Position numbers and translations under genes: made by a program
Origin: Vitrella brassicaformis CCMP3155
Taxonomy: Eukaryota; Protista; Chromerida
DNA length: 64,000 nt
Reading direction: 5' to 3'
NCBI GenBank assembly: GCA_001179505.1
Contig: CDMY01000432.1
Span: 13,794-77,793 of the forward strand
In this document: positions 1 through 12,022 of the stretch, one piece after another
Position numbering within the stretch: the stretch's first letter is position 1
Layout: every line of letters begins with the position of its first letter
Notes under the pieces: model-generated
Database searches by the model: none
What the model saw: only the letters and a program-made list of their open reading frames with translations
What the model was told of the DNA's origin: nothing

Positions 1-1289
1 GACGCGCCGCACGTAGTCCACCGGTACCGTCATCACAGAGGGGTCATACCTGACACACACATTCGTGGCAGGGATGGCTATGTGTGCTCTGGCCATTGGG
101 TTGTCATTGTGTGTACTTGATGAATCGATTTGCGAAGGTCGAGTCGTCGCCCAGTGACTTTGCCACGGCCATGGTGATGGTCACTGTCGTACCAAACACG
201 TCAATCGACACCAACTGAACACACATACGCACACACACACACACATGGATCCACCCACTGGCCACGAGCCCTCTCTCTATGCTGTGTTGTATAAGGTTAC
301 CGCATCGTCGGCCTGGTAGCCCGATTTGAGTAGTAGTTTGATGGCCGTGAGCCTCTGGTGCTCGCACGTCTTCTCCGCCATGGCCTTGCGAATGATCTCG
401 GGCAGCTGGGCCGCCACAGACTCGGGGTCGACGTCCGGCTGCTCATTCTCACCCTCACCCTGCCCGTCGTGCTGCTGCTGATGTGGGTTGTCCTGCGTGA
501 TGGGCGGGATGCAGACGTGCATCGCGCGGCGTTTTCGTGAGGGATTGGCCGTCAGGTACTCCACCCAGTAGCTGCACCAGCACCATACACACAGATGGAT
601 GGATAACACAATGCGCCAATGGCATGCGTGTCGGTGCATACGCACCTGAATGTGGCATCGTTCTGTTTGGTGTCGGGCAGCGTGATGTCGTCCACATCCC
701 CAACCTCGTACAAAGCTAACTCGCCGATGAGCCTGAAGGACACACACACAGACGGTGGACAGTTGCCCTGTCCTGATTGCCGGCCGGGCTGACCACTGGA
801 AGGCCAGGGGGGCGAAGGGAAAGAAATAGCGCTCATTGGCGTCCTTGATCATCGCCTCGTCAAACCGCCCACCACACAGAGTGGCCAACACGCTACCTCG
901 CAGCACACACAGGGTGGAACGGCGCGCCTTCATGTAGACGCCGCAGACGTTGAAGTGCAGCTCCTGACGCATCAGCTGCACCTGCACCATCCACACGCAC
1001 AGATCAGGTCCCACTGCATGACATCCCTCATCCATTTCATTTGGCGCGCCTTACCGTGGGCACAATCTCTCCTGGGAGGCCTCCCAGGGCCTGCTCACGC
1101 TGCTTGATGTCGGCCAGCGTCTGGTTGAGTGCGTCCTGGATGATCTCCATCTGCTCCTTGCCCATCTGCAGCCAGGTGCGGACGTCGTTGTCCTCATCTA
1201 AGGCCGACGGGCACCACTTCCTCTTGCCACCACCGGCCGGTGCGGCAGCTGCTGCCGCACCGTGCGGCTGCTGCCGCACCGTCAGACAT
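1..1289 (-). CDS. Tandem BTB/POZ (KCTD-like) domain protein, spliced, runs off the left edge; 5' end possibly frameshifted
   Basis: Spliced exons give LHFNVCGVYMKARRSTLCVLRGSVLATLCGGRFDEAMIKDANERYFFPF and a second VSIDVFGTTVTITMAVAKSLGDDSTFANRF...VPVDYVRRV, both BTB-type. GT-AG introns are present (e.g. donor near 1054). The ATG at 1289 is out of frame because of a 19-nt duplication. Confidence 0.7.
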
Positions 1290-1324
1290 TTCGTCTGAGC
1301 TAATACAAACAGCAAACTGCCAAT

Positions 1325-4106
1325 ATGCGACGAAACGAAATATGCGATGGCCGTCGGGCTCGCAGCATCCCGGCCTCCCATCCCTCCCAAAGGCCTTTCC
1401 TTCGCCAAGCAGCCCACATGGTCCTGAAGCCGACGCCGCTGCATTTGATATCCTCTTCGCGCACAGATCTCATCAGGAAGGACAGCGAGGAGCGAAGCAG
1501 GTCCCGTGACAGCAGCGAGAGCACCGCGCTCCCGCCGCACCTGTGGACCTTCCTGCTGACGCTGCCATGCACCCTGGAATCGAGATGGCGGGCTGTCGGG
1601 TTGCAATCGCAGTGGAAGTGGCTCCCCGGTGTGCGGCTGCGGTTTGCAGACGCGGCACTGGAGAGGGAGTACTGCATCAGGAAGCGGGCTGATGCGTGCG
1701 AGGCTGTCAAGACGTTGGGTGTGCTGGTGGCCGTGCTGGTGTCCATCGTGGCCTTCTCACTTATGTGCCCCCTGGGTGCGAGGGAGCGTGCGGATCTCTT
1801 CTGGCGCCGGCTGGCTGTGCCCTCTCTGTTCTCCCTGCTCGTGTTGGCGTATGCCGTCTTCCATCGGCCGCTCGTCTGGGCGTACCAGGTCTCATGCGGC
1901 AACAGCAAGGCCAGCATGCAGCCCCTCTCGCGTGCAGAGTTTTCCATCACATACGCTGTGTGCCTCGTCGTGGCGGCGGCTCTGCCGGTCCACCAGAAGC
2001 TATGGACGGCGGCAGACGCAGCCTTTGCTGGTGGCGCTGTGGAGTATCAGAGTGCGGCCATTTTGGTGCTGCTTGTGGTGATACACAGGGGCGACTCTTT
2101 CCTGGCTGGCGTGTTGGTGGTGTGCCATCTTGTGGCGTATTATGCGATGAAGATGGTGGTCACGACGGACGATGAGTCAGACACGGGCAGCTCGTGTTTT
2201 CTGCCGATGTTGGGGCTTGTTCTCATCGCCCTGTCGCGTCATGTGGAGCACGTCAGCCGAGCCTATCTCTTCTATGAAATGAAGGTGGATTGGCGGGGGG
2301 ACGGATGGAGCGAATCGATTTTGCCTGGTGTTGTGTTGCGTCGGTCAGGCCAAGCATGAGAAGGACCATGGCCAGCGTGCGCTGCACATGTTTGCCAACA
2401 TGGCCAACGTCGCAGCGTGGTACGCCGTGGGTGTGAGGGGGTGAGGGAGTGACGGTGCGAGGGTTGCGACGACATCCTGTATCCCTTCATCTCTCTCTCT
2501 CTCTCTCTCTCTCTTTCGTGGCATCAGGCAGTGGGACCCGGCCGACAACAATTCCTACCACACGAGCGGCCTCGAGGCCCTCACCGCGCCCCCTCCTGTG
2601 GCCGAGGAGCCATCCCCCGCCCCAGCCGACAGCGCACCGCCCCCGCCCTCATCTGTCCCCTCCCTCCTACACACTGGGGACACATCCACAGTCAACGAGA
2701 CCACCCTCAACACCCCTCGCGTGAGCGCACCGGGCAGCGAAGCAAATGCCAATGCCAATCCAAACCTGGCGGCAGCGAGCAAATCGGCCGCTGGCAGCGA
2801 GCAGGGCAGCAGGGGCATTCGCGTCTTTTTGCCCGTTATTGATAGCGACACTACGGCAGGGGACAAGCCACAGCCGCAGCATCAACAGCAGCAAGGAGAG
2901 GTCGTGTAGGACGAGCACAGTGGAGTGGTGGTGCGTGTGGCGGGGGAGGGGGAGGCTGAAGGATGCCGGGAGAGGCTGGCCGGCATGTGGACGCAGCAGT
3001 GCGTCGCTGAAGAGTAAGTGACGCCATACGGTGGGGGGCAGACGTGGCAGTTTCCGTATGTGTATACGTATTTTGTGGCTGTGCAGTCGTGTGTTGGTTG
3101 AGAATGCCATCCTCCAGTGCGCAGACAAGGGGGAACCATTCAAACTGGTGGTAAGACACACACACACACACACACACACCACACACACATGCAGCATCAC
3201 CTCCTCTGTGTGCTTCCCTCTCAGGTCCGGTACGAGCGTGCCGACGGAAGCGTGCGTTGGCTCAGATGTGCCGGGGGCAAAACGTCCTCCGAGTCGACCG
3301 CTGTGTACGGATCTATCGAGGTGAGAAGCACCAGTCCCTCCCGACAAGTCACAACTCTCCTCACTCTCTTTCTGCATGCCCACGTGTCTGTGCAGGACGT
3401 GACGGACCGCAAGCGCACCCAGGCGATGCTCGAGCAGCGGGTCAGCCTGTGCGAGAGGGTCGTTGACGCCACGCTGGATGCGACCATGCTCATCAACACG
3501 TAGGACGAGGTGATCCTCGAGGCCTCGGCCATACTCAACGCATGGGCGGGACGACCACTGGAAGGTAGGTACATTTATCCTCCCTCCTGCACAGCGCCGT
3601 GTGTATAACACTGTATGTGTCGGTGGTTGGGTGTCGCGAATCAGGCATCCCTCTGCCGTTGGTGTTGGACGCCTGGGCCATCAGTCGGCTGCAAGGCGGC
3701 GCCACGCTGGTCGGATCGGACGGCTTCAGTGTCAGCATCAGCCACCCTGTCAACGGCAAGGCGGACGAACTCAAGGTCAGAGCCACACACAGGGACAGAC
3801 ACACAGACACAGAGGGCATCTCTTTCTCTCTCCCTCTGTCGGTATCTGCAGGCCAATCTGGTGGTCTTTGTCGACCCAGACGACCCTGCTCGCATCTTCC
3901 TCGGCCTGAAGCACATCCGCTGTGCGCAGCCGCCTTATCGCCGTCTGAAGAAGACCCTGGGATGGAGCAGCACCGGGGAGCACACACCCAGCACCACACG
4001 GCCGCCCACATCCACCACACCGCGCCAGAGCAGGCGGTACAGCAAGAAGTCCGGCGGTGTGCTGGGGGCTTTCTGGGCGTGCCGGTCCGTCGACGGTTTT
4101 GTGTGA
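1325..4106 (+). pseudogene. Multi-pass membrane protein with C-terminal tandem PAS-like domains; two in-frame TAGs (pseudogene or readthrough)
   Basis: A 344-aa first exon has several hydrophobic helices. Later exons read VRYERADGSVRWLRCAGG...YGSIE|DVTDRKRTQ (PAC-type motif) and DATMLINT*DEVILEAS. Clear homology to the 54060-58285 gene. TAGs at 2907-2909 and 3501-3503. Confidence 0.75.
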
Positions 4107-5191
4107 CAATGTGGTGTCGCGCGTATACGTACGCCTTGGCATGAGTGTGTGTGGATGATTGATTGATTGATTGATGTTGCGTTTCTCTGAGTGCGTATGT
4201 GCGGACCTCTGCACGTGTACTTGCTCTCGTGGAAGTTGACACGCCGGCTGTATTCTAAGTCGGCGTGTCACCCTCACCAGGAGCGGGCACACAATCAGAG
4301 GAGCCGCCAGTTAACTCGATGATTGTCGTCTTGTAAAGGGATCGAGGGTTACGTGCGTAAGGAAGGTCAAGGTACCGAATCTGACATTTGATGTCCGCTG
4401 TGAGTGGTAGCTAGGTGTCCTGTGTAGTGTGGGCAGAGACAGACAGGCAGGCAGGCTAAGGGAGTCTCCCTCCTTTAGCACGGCTAAAGCCTTTTTATGG
4501 CTGTCGATGTCACATACATAATACATGTCACGAAACAAACAAGGCGGGGACGGCCCTTTTGGTCGATGCGTTTCCGGCTCCCAAAGATCCGCCCATCCAT
4601 GGATGGCATGGACGAACCTTTACACGTCGCTGTGCGTCTGTTTCCATGTCCCCCGTGTAGGTGCAAAGAAAGTGCAAATGCCTGTTGGTATCGATCGAGG
4701 CATATTTGTGCTGATCGATTGTTGTGTGTCCGTCCGTCTGCATGTCCATGTTTCGTATGCATGTAATGCTTAAATGCGTCTGGTGGGAGGGTGGGAGGGT
4801 GGGTGGGCGGGAGACAGGCGGGACGGCCCGTTTTGCGCCGATTTGATGTTCATGTTCGCACTAACGTTTTCGAATTTCGCCGGGCTGTCTGTGTGTGTGT
4901 GGTGTGTGTGGAATGTGAGTCATTTATTGCCTCTGGTTGGTGTACATGTCTGTCTATTCTTGCGACTATTGTCACGTAGTGAGTGCTGCCTGAGGACAGT
5001 GAGTGCATGGAGGAGGATGGCTGGCTGCAGGGATTGATTGAGTGCTACGTGATCGAGGGCATGGGCTGTTGATCTTTTCTATATGGTGCTCTGACTGATG
5101 GAACCGCTGCGAAAGAAATTTCCGATTTATAAGTCACGACACACAATTCGCCTTCACACTATTCCTGGCACGAGCGACAAACCTCTTTGGA

Positions 5192-8098
5192 ATGAGCGAC
5201 CTCCGCAACAGCTTCGCTCAGGTAACAGGCATCATAGCCTCCTCGTTCAGTGTTGCTTGCTTGTTGCTGCTTCCCCATTCAGATGAGGCTGTCCGAGTGT
5301 GACGTGTGTGAGCTGGTTTTCGTTCAATCAGGCTCGAAGATCCCGATGCAGCCGGCGACGACCGGCGGCTGCTCGTCGCCAGGCAAAGGTTGATGAACTT
5401 CCAGTACTTTCAGACGGTCAGCACAGCAAGGCCGTCAAATGATGCCTTCATCTCTCTGCGGTTTGTGCGACCGTCAACTTGACTGATCATTGGTTGGTCG
5501 ACGTTGACACAGTTCGTTTCATGAGAGACCGACAGACTCTGCCTGCCGTTGCGCTATGAGTTAACGTATGTCACATTGTGGACGGTGTGTGTGTCTGTGT
5601 GTGTCTGTGTGATTCATTTATTCATTCAGATGCTGTCGTTCGAGTTCAGTCGCCACCAGGATGTGGAGCAGCAGCCCAATCGCATCGTCATTGTGGATGT
5701 GGATCCGCGGCTGGCGGCCGTGGTTCTGCAGAGTGAGGCGGGGATGATCAGATCGCTCACCAAGGACAACTTCATCGACGCCCTCAAGACCTTGGAGTAC
5801 TTCACCGGCGGCATCACTGAAGACACGTTGCGGCTCATCGTCACACAGGTCCGTCCGTGTGTGCGACTAACAGACAAGCGACCGTGTACGATATCCGATT
5901 CCGTGTTGTTTGCACACGTGTGTGCATGATGCAGATATTCAAGCCGAATACCTTCCTTGACGACAGTGAATGGGTGGCCGCCCTGGTCGACTCGTACGAC
6001 CAGCCGCCCATCAGCCGCCTGCTGTGTCAATTGGCCGACACCCAGCTAGGGATGGTGCGGTCGGGGGGGCTGGCCGAGAGAGTGCTGGACAGCCCGGAGC
6101 AGCTGCAGCCCGTCTACAACAGGGTGCCGGAGGACGAGGGCAGACAGGCCGCCACCGCCCTGGTCAGCCACCTGACGCAACACATCTCGCTGGTGGAACC
6201 CTCCGCTGAACGGGTGGAGACATTCCTCACCATCGCCACCAAGTCACCCACACTCCAAGATGCATTGTGTACGTGACTGAGCAGATCTTTCCCACTTGTG
6301 CACTCGTATGTGTGCCGTGCATGGAAATGCAGACAAGGTGTTTGCTGACCGCCACCACGCTCTGCACACCACCACGACGATTACGCCCTTCGACAGCGAC
6401 GAACGAGCCGCCTGTGTGCCCTTCCGTGACGTCACGGCCATCCCGACCTTTCTGCGGGCTCGGCACGTCGCGTCGGGTGTGAAAGGGTGGCGGGACCGAC
6501 CTGAGGGCACGGTGTGTCGGTGCACGGACAAGAATCGGTGTCGTTGTCGCCGCACCTTGCAAAAACTGGGCGGAGCCGGCTACCCAGACAGGAAGGTGGT
6601 GGACGTCGCCAGCTGGCAAGTCCTCGCGTCTCCGGGGTTGACATCATCATCCCCCGGAGGCGCACCATGCTTCTCAATCAGCGGCGCCTTCACCGTCGAG
6701 CCTCCGAAGGGGAACCAGGCGCCCGTCACGCTCCACACAGCCGCTCGTTTCGCCTCGTCAGTCGGTCTGCATCTGTCTGGCGTGGAGAACGTCGTCGCGG
6801 TCGAGGTGGACAATCTGGCGGTCGGCAAGCTGGTGGAGAGCGGGGCGGCGGACGCAGTGCTCAAAGACGTGCGGCTCACGCTGACCGTGGCGCGACACCC
6901 GTATGCCACGCTTGCACTGCAGTACCTGGGCAGATGCATCAAGGATGAGAGGTGGGCGGCCGTTAACAAAATGGCAAGGTAGGTGTACCATCCATGACCC
7001 TCACGGCCACTGAAAAGTCAGCCATGCGTTTGCTCTCTCTCTCTCTCTCTCAGGTCGGTGGGTGGTGAGGTGCAAGTGGCGATCCTCGGGCACATGTGTC
7101 ACATGGCTGTGGGCACCGTCGAGCGCCCGCTCGCCCTGCTGCTGCACTGGTGCGAGGGCATGAACGACATGACGCCGGGGATGTGTCACAAGGTCGCGTC
7201 GTCACATTGCCTCACGAAGCATCCCTCGTCGACGGAGGAGGACGTCCGTGCATTCGTCAAGCATGTCATTCCCCTGATGGTCCAAGATCAGGCGCAGCAG
7301 GAGAAGGCGTATCGTGCCGTTGCGGCCAATCTGCTGCTGCCAACGGCGGCGATTCTCCGCCTGGTGACGGAGGCCAAGGTGAGCCGGTGGGTGGGCCGGT
7401 GAGGGAGGAAGGGGGGGAGAACGGGAAGTGGTGAACACGTGTGTGTGTGTGTGTGTGTGTTCAGGCCGACAGAGATCTCCTGCGATACAGCCGTCGGTCG
7501 GTGCAGCACACAGAGAGAAAGACACACGGCCGAGCAACGAGGTGTGGTTGTCCTCCCATATGTGTGTTGTTGCCCTCAGTGAGTCGGCGGCCAAGGACGT
7601 AGAGATAGCACGGCTGAGGGCAGAGATTGCGAGGCTGAAAGCGGAGCTCGGACGGGCATCTCGCGATGGGTGAGCGATACACCAATACATCGAGTGCACG
7701 TCACCTCTGCTGGTCTTGTTCGTTCTGTTTGCAGGGTCGTCACCGAATCGTCCTCTTCAAACGCCCTAACATCCAACAGGGCGGGCGTCGATGATCGCCC
7801 AGCTCACGTCGACAGGTGAGGCAACACACGACACCACACCGGCTCTTGCCCGTGAGCCAGTCCATCCACATGATCGTCATGTGTTGTCCGTTGTCTTGTC
7901 TGTCTGTCTGCAGCGGGTCCACTGCCTCGGCGGCGCCGTCTGCCTCAGCCGAGGGGCAGGATGGTACGAAAGAAGAGAGACCGGCGGATCTCCTGTATGT
8001 GGCGCATGTCTCATTTTTGTGCCTGTCGATCTGTCTGTGGCCCTTCTTCAGGCGGTGTTGCTTCTCCTGAGGTCTTCATATTCGGCCGACGCTACTGA
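5192..8098 (+). CDS. BTB/POZ-domain protein with C-terminal coiled coil, spliced
   Basis: RRLLVARQRLMNFQYFQT|MLSFEFS...IVIVDVDPRLAAVVL...LTKDNFIDALKTLEYF resembles a BTB core. The coiled coil reads KDVEIARLRAEIARLKAEL. Consistent GT-AG exon chain except for one junction near 5300-5330. Confidence 0.6.
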
Positions 8099-8099
8099 T

Positions 8100-9508
8100 T
8101 GGGTGATGACGGGTGGACGGATGGATGAATGGCTGATCAATTGACTGACGTCTATCGCAATCGACAGGTCATATCTTGTGTACATATAAAGAGGATATAT
8201 GGTGGATGGATGGATGGATGGATTCACGGACTCGTGTATGCTGGTTGTACAGTCAACGCACGTGTCTAGATGGGTGGTGCGTGTGGGCGGTGAAATGTGT
8301 CTTGTTCCTAGTCTTTCGTGGCTCATGTTCGTTCATTCATTCATTCATTTGGCGTCGGTACACATGTACACACAGCCCACCGCCATCGATACATATCCAC
8401 GTTTGTATGAAATGAGACGTAGTATGTGGTCAACCTCACGGCCTCCCTCTCTAGACACGTCATGATCACATTACACCACACCGCACCGATGGATGCAGGC
8501 AGCCATGGCCATGTATGAATGAATGAACGAACCAACCCAGCCTCGATCGATTCATCGCTCCGACTCGACTGTAGCAGCCACAAATATGGAGCAGTCACGT
8601 CAGGTCTGGTACGGGACGCGTACATGCAATGATTGCAATGTATGTGTGTTTTCTTCGTGGAAAGGAAAACCACCCCGGCAGCTAGGGAGGGAAACAAACG
8701 ATCGCTGAGCATGAGCATGTAAAGAAGCTAGCGTTATATAGAATCCCAGCAGAACCAGTGTCAAAACAGAACCCCTTCCCTCCCCTCTCTCTGAACAGCG
8801 AATGTATCCCTCAGACAGACAGACAGACAGGCAGACAGGCAGACAGGGAGGCAGGCAGTCAGGCGGCGTGGCAACAGTCGTTGGTCAGCCCCTTAGGTGT
8901 ATGAATGAGCTTGCAAACAACAGCATCAGGACAACCCCTCTCGCTCCCTCTCGCCACCCCTCTCTTGAATATATCTCTCTCTCAGTCAGACAGTCTCTCT
9001 CTCCCTCTTATGTCCCTCGTGTGTGTTGAGACGTTGATAAATAAACTAGTGTGCTGATGCAGACAGGTGCAAACAGCTGTCGGTGAATGAAAACTCGTTT
9101 TACCTTCTGTACTGAGCAGCAGGGAGGGAGGGACTTCGGTAGTTGCTGACATCCACTCGGCTGGTCGAGCCACCCAGTCAGGCGAGCCAGGCGTCTGAAC
9201 GCCCTTCCTCACACACAGACACACACACATACCTACCTAGGCAGGCTGGCAGGTAGATACGGACCCAGTCATGTCACTCATCCGTCTGCTCGACCCATGC
9301 ACCCCATGTACTCGTCCACTCATCCATACAGACGGACACACACTCACTCATGCAGACATTAAGGCATACAGGCATATGGGAGGCAATACAGGCAGGTATC
9401 AAGGCAGCCAGGCAGACAGCGCGGGGAAAACATCGATCACGCGGCGCGGGCCGGTGTGGAAAACCTGCAAGGCCCCCCGAGGCAAAACCAACCGTACCAG
9501 CCAGCCAT

Positions 9509-9547
<39 letters not shown>

Positions 9548-11200
9548 CAAACAGACCGAAAGCAACCAACACCCAGACAGACACACAGACAGAGAGACAG
9601 AAAGGCCAGCAGTGTCTCACCTCTTTTCACATTACCACCTCGTGTGTGTATGTGCGTATGTGTGTATGTGTCTATGTGTCTATGTGTGTATGTATGTATG
9701 TACATAAAAGTGACACGTACGTACCTTACGCACAAATACACCTTACACACACCGTGATACATACATACATACAGACAATGCGTACACACACACACACGCA
9801 GTACATTCATTCATCCAGACAGGCATACGAGGGGAGTTCTGTTGTCGTCGCAGTCAGTCGATAAAGGAGACACCAAAGGCTGGCCGACTCAGTGGCTGGC
9901 AGGCAGGCAGGCAGGCAAACAGGCTGGGAGAGGCTCCTTTCGGCAACTCCCCCATACACACACACATCCACTCTTGACACGGGAACGCAAAGCGACCAAG
10001 AGAGCTCTGTGTCAAACCACACACACGCACACCACACAAACCATACACCACACACACCATACCACAGACGAGAACAGTACACACACCACACTCACTGGAC
10101 GGGCAGACAAGCGAGAAAAGGCTCTCTGGTCGAGAAAAATGAGTTGCCCACGGCGCGGTCGACCGTCAGCCAGCTACAGCAGGCAGGCACGGCGCGTGGG
10201 GGCACTGCAGCGTGTGCGCGTGGATGGATGGGTGCAATGATGAGTGGATGAGAGGCACACCAGCCGGCCCGCATATTCATTTGCCTGTGTACCTGGCTGA
10301 CCGTCTTGCCGCGCTTCTCAGAAACGAGTTGCGATACGGCCAGACGGAGAACAGACGGACAGACCTAGCAGACAGACAGACCTCAGAAAGGCAGACATGC
10401 AGACAGAGTTAGTAGAATAGGTAGGTAGGTCGATAGGGACACGTAAACGCGCCCACCGAGAGAGAAAGCAGGCGTACATACGTACATACAGAGAGTATGG
10501 CCGTTGTGTACTGCGTGTCGTTGTGCATGCATTATGTATTTATGTATGTATGCATGTATGTATGTATGCATGTGTATGCATGTATATACATACACGCAAT
10601 CAATCTTGTCTTGTGGTGTTGTGTGGTGTTATGTCATGGTGTGTGTAGTGTGGCATGGCATGGCATGGTGTGTGCACGCGAACGACACGCACGAGAGTAT
10701 CATCCACCCATCCACCCATTACTCCACAAACCACGTTCTTCATACATGTAAAGTATACATACGTATGCAGGCGGCTCAACGCACTGGGAACCGAGAGAGA
10801 AGAGGGCCGTCATTGACACACACACGGGCAGACAGACAGACAGACAGACAGACAGACAGGCGGACGGACGGACGGACGGACATACAGACTGCCCTCTCCC
10901 CTCCCCACCCCTCCCCCCAACCTCATCCACCGCTCACCACCACCCGCCCCGCCCCACCCACCAGGGCGATAGGCGTGTGTGTGTGTGTGTGTGGCCGGTC
11001 CACGAGGTCGGGGCGAGGCGGAGCCGACTCGCTGCACTGATGCAAGAAACAGACGAGAAACGAGACAACTAAGAGCCACAAAGTAGAAAGCAGAGGTAGC
11101 AAGTAGTGCAACTCTCTCTCTCTCACTCATCCATGGACTCTCACAGGTACACGTACACGTACGGCCGCCTCTCCCCTCTCTCTCTCTGTGTGTCCGTGTG
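8100..11200. repeat. Microsatellite-rich intergenic/UTR tract
   Basis: Dense (GATG)n, (CAGA)n, (CA)n, (GA)n, (TATG)n and (GCAG)n runs. ORFs here are repeat-derived. Confidence 0.8.
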
Positions 11201-11207
11201 GTGCTCT

Positions 11208-11991
11208 TTAGTAGGAGCCCTTCTTGTGTGTGGGTGCGGGTGCCTGGTAGGTCTGCTTGGTGTAGGTCGTGTGCGCCTGCCTATGGGCGGCTATGGTCGA
11301 CACCGTCGTGCACTCCTTACCCACCAACTCAGCCCCCTTCGAACAGTAGTACTCTGGCGCGTAAGAAGTCTCGCTGACGCAGACCTCGGTCGCCGCAGGG
11401 GCAGCCTTGTGGTGCTTGCTGTAGCCCCTCACTCTCTTCTTGCTCCTGCGGCGGCGGCGGCGCCCCAACTCGCGCTTCTTGCCGTGCGACGTGTAGCCGC
11501 CCTTGCTGTGCCCGGTGCCGAGGTCATACCCATCGGGGCACACCTTGGTTGGGCTCTCCGTCTTGTATGTCACGCACGCGCCGTTCCTCATGCTGTAGCC
11601 CTTGGGACACTTGGTCTGGTAGGGCAACACAGATGTCTTGCTGCAGTTCTCTGCATGACGAAAGAGGGACGGGGGAAAGGTGTGAGGCGTGTGTGTGTGG
11701 ATGGGGTGGGTGAGGGCGGAGGGGTATCGGCTGACCGCCGGCGTCGTCGTATCCGTCAGGGCACTTCTCCGCGACTGGGTAGGTCTCCTCCTTGGTGCTG
11801 CATGCGCCAAGTGTTACAGAGGGGGAGTAGGGAGTAAGAGTTGTCATCCTTTCCTCTCTGGGTGGCTGACTGACCAGATTCCGCCCCTTTCTACTGCTTC
11901 CTCAGGGCACTTGGGGGTGGCATCGGTGACTTCAGTCTTCTTGCAGTCGGGCAGCTGGTAAGCGGCATCAGAGCACCTCACCAGATACCTG

Positions 11992-12022
<31 letters not shown>

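Noticed and set aside
2907-3503. Genome-wide reassignment of TAG to Gln (ciliate-like code)
   Set aside because: TAG serves as the natural terminator of the kinesin (21521-21523) and S1 (48891-48893) genes in this window.
4150-4760. Possible small minus-strand exons (HKYASIDTNRHLHFLCTYTG...; DIKCQIRYLDLPYARNP...)
   Set aside because: I could not join them into a consistent frame or recognise a family.
8100-11100. Many six-frame ORFs rich in HTHT, CVCV or DRQT
   Set aside because: They are translations of microsatellites, with no domain signal or exon chain.
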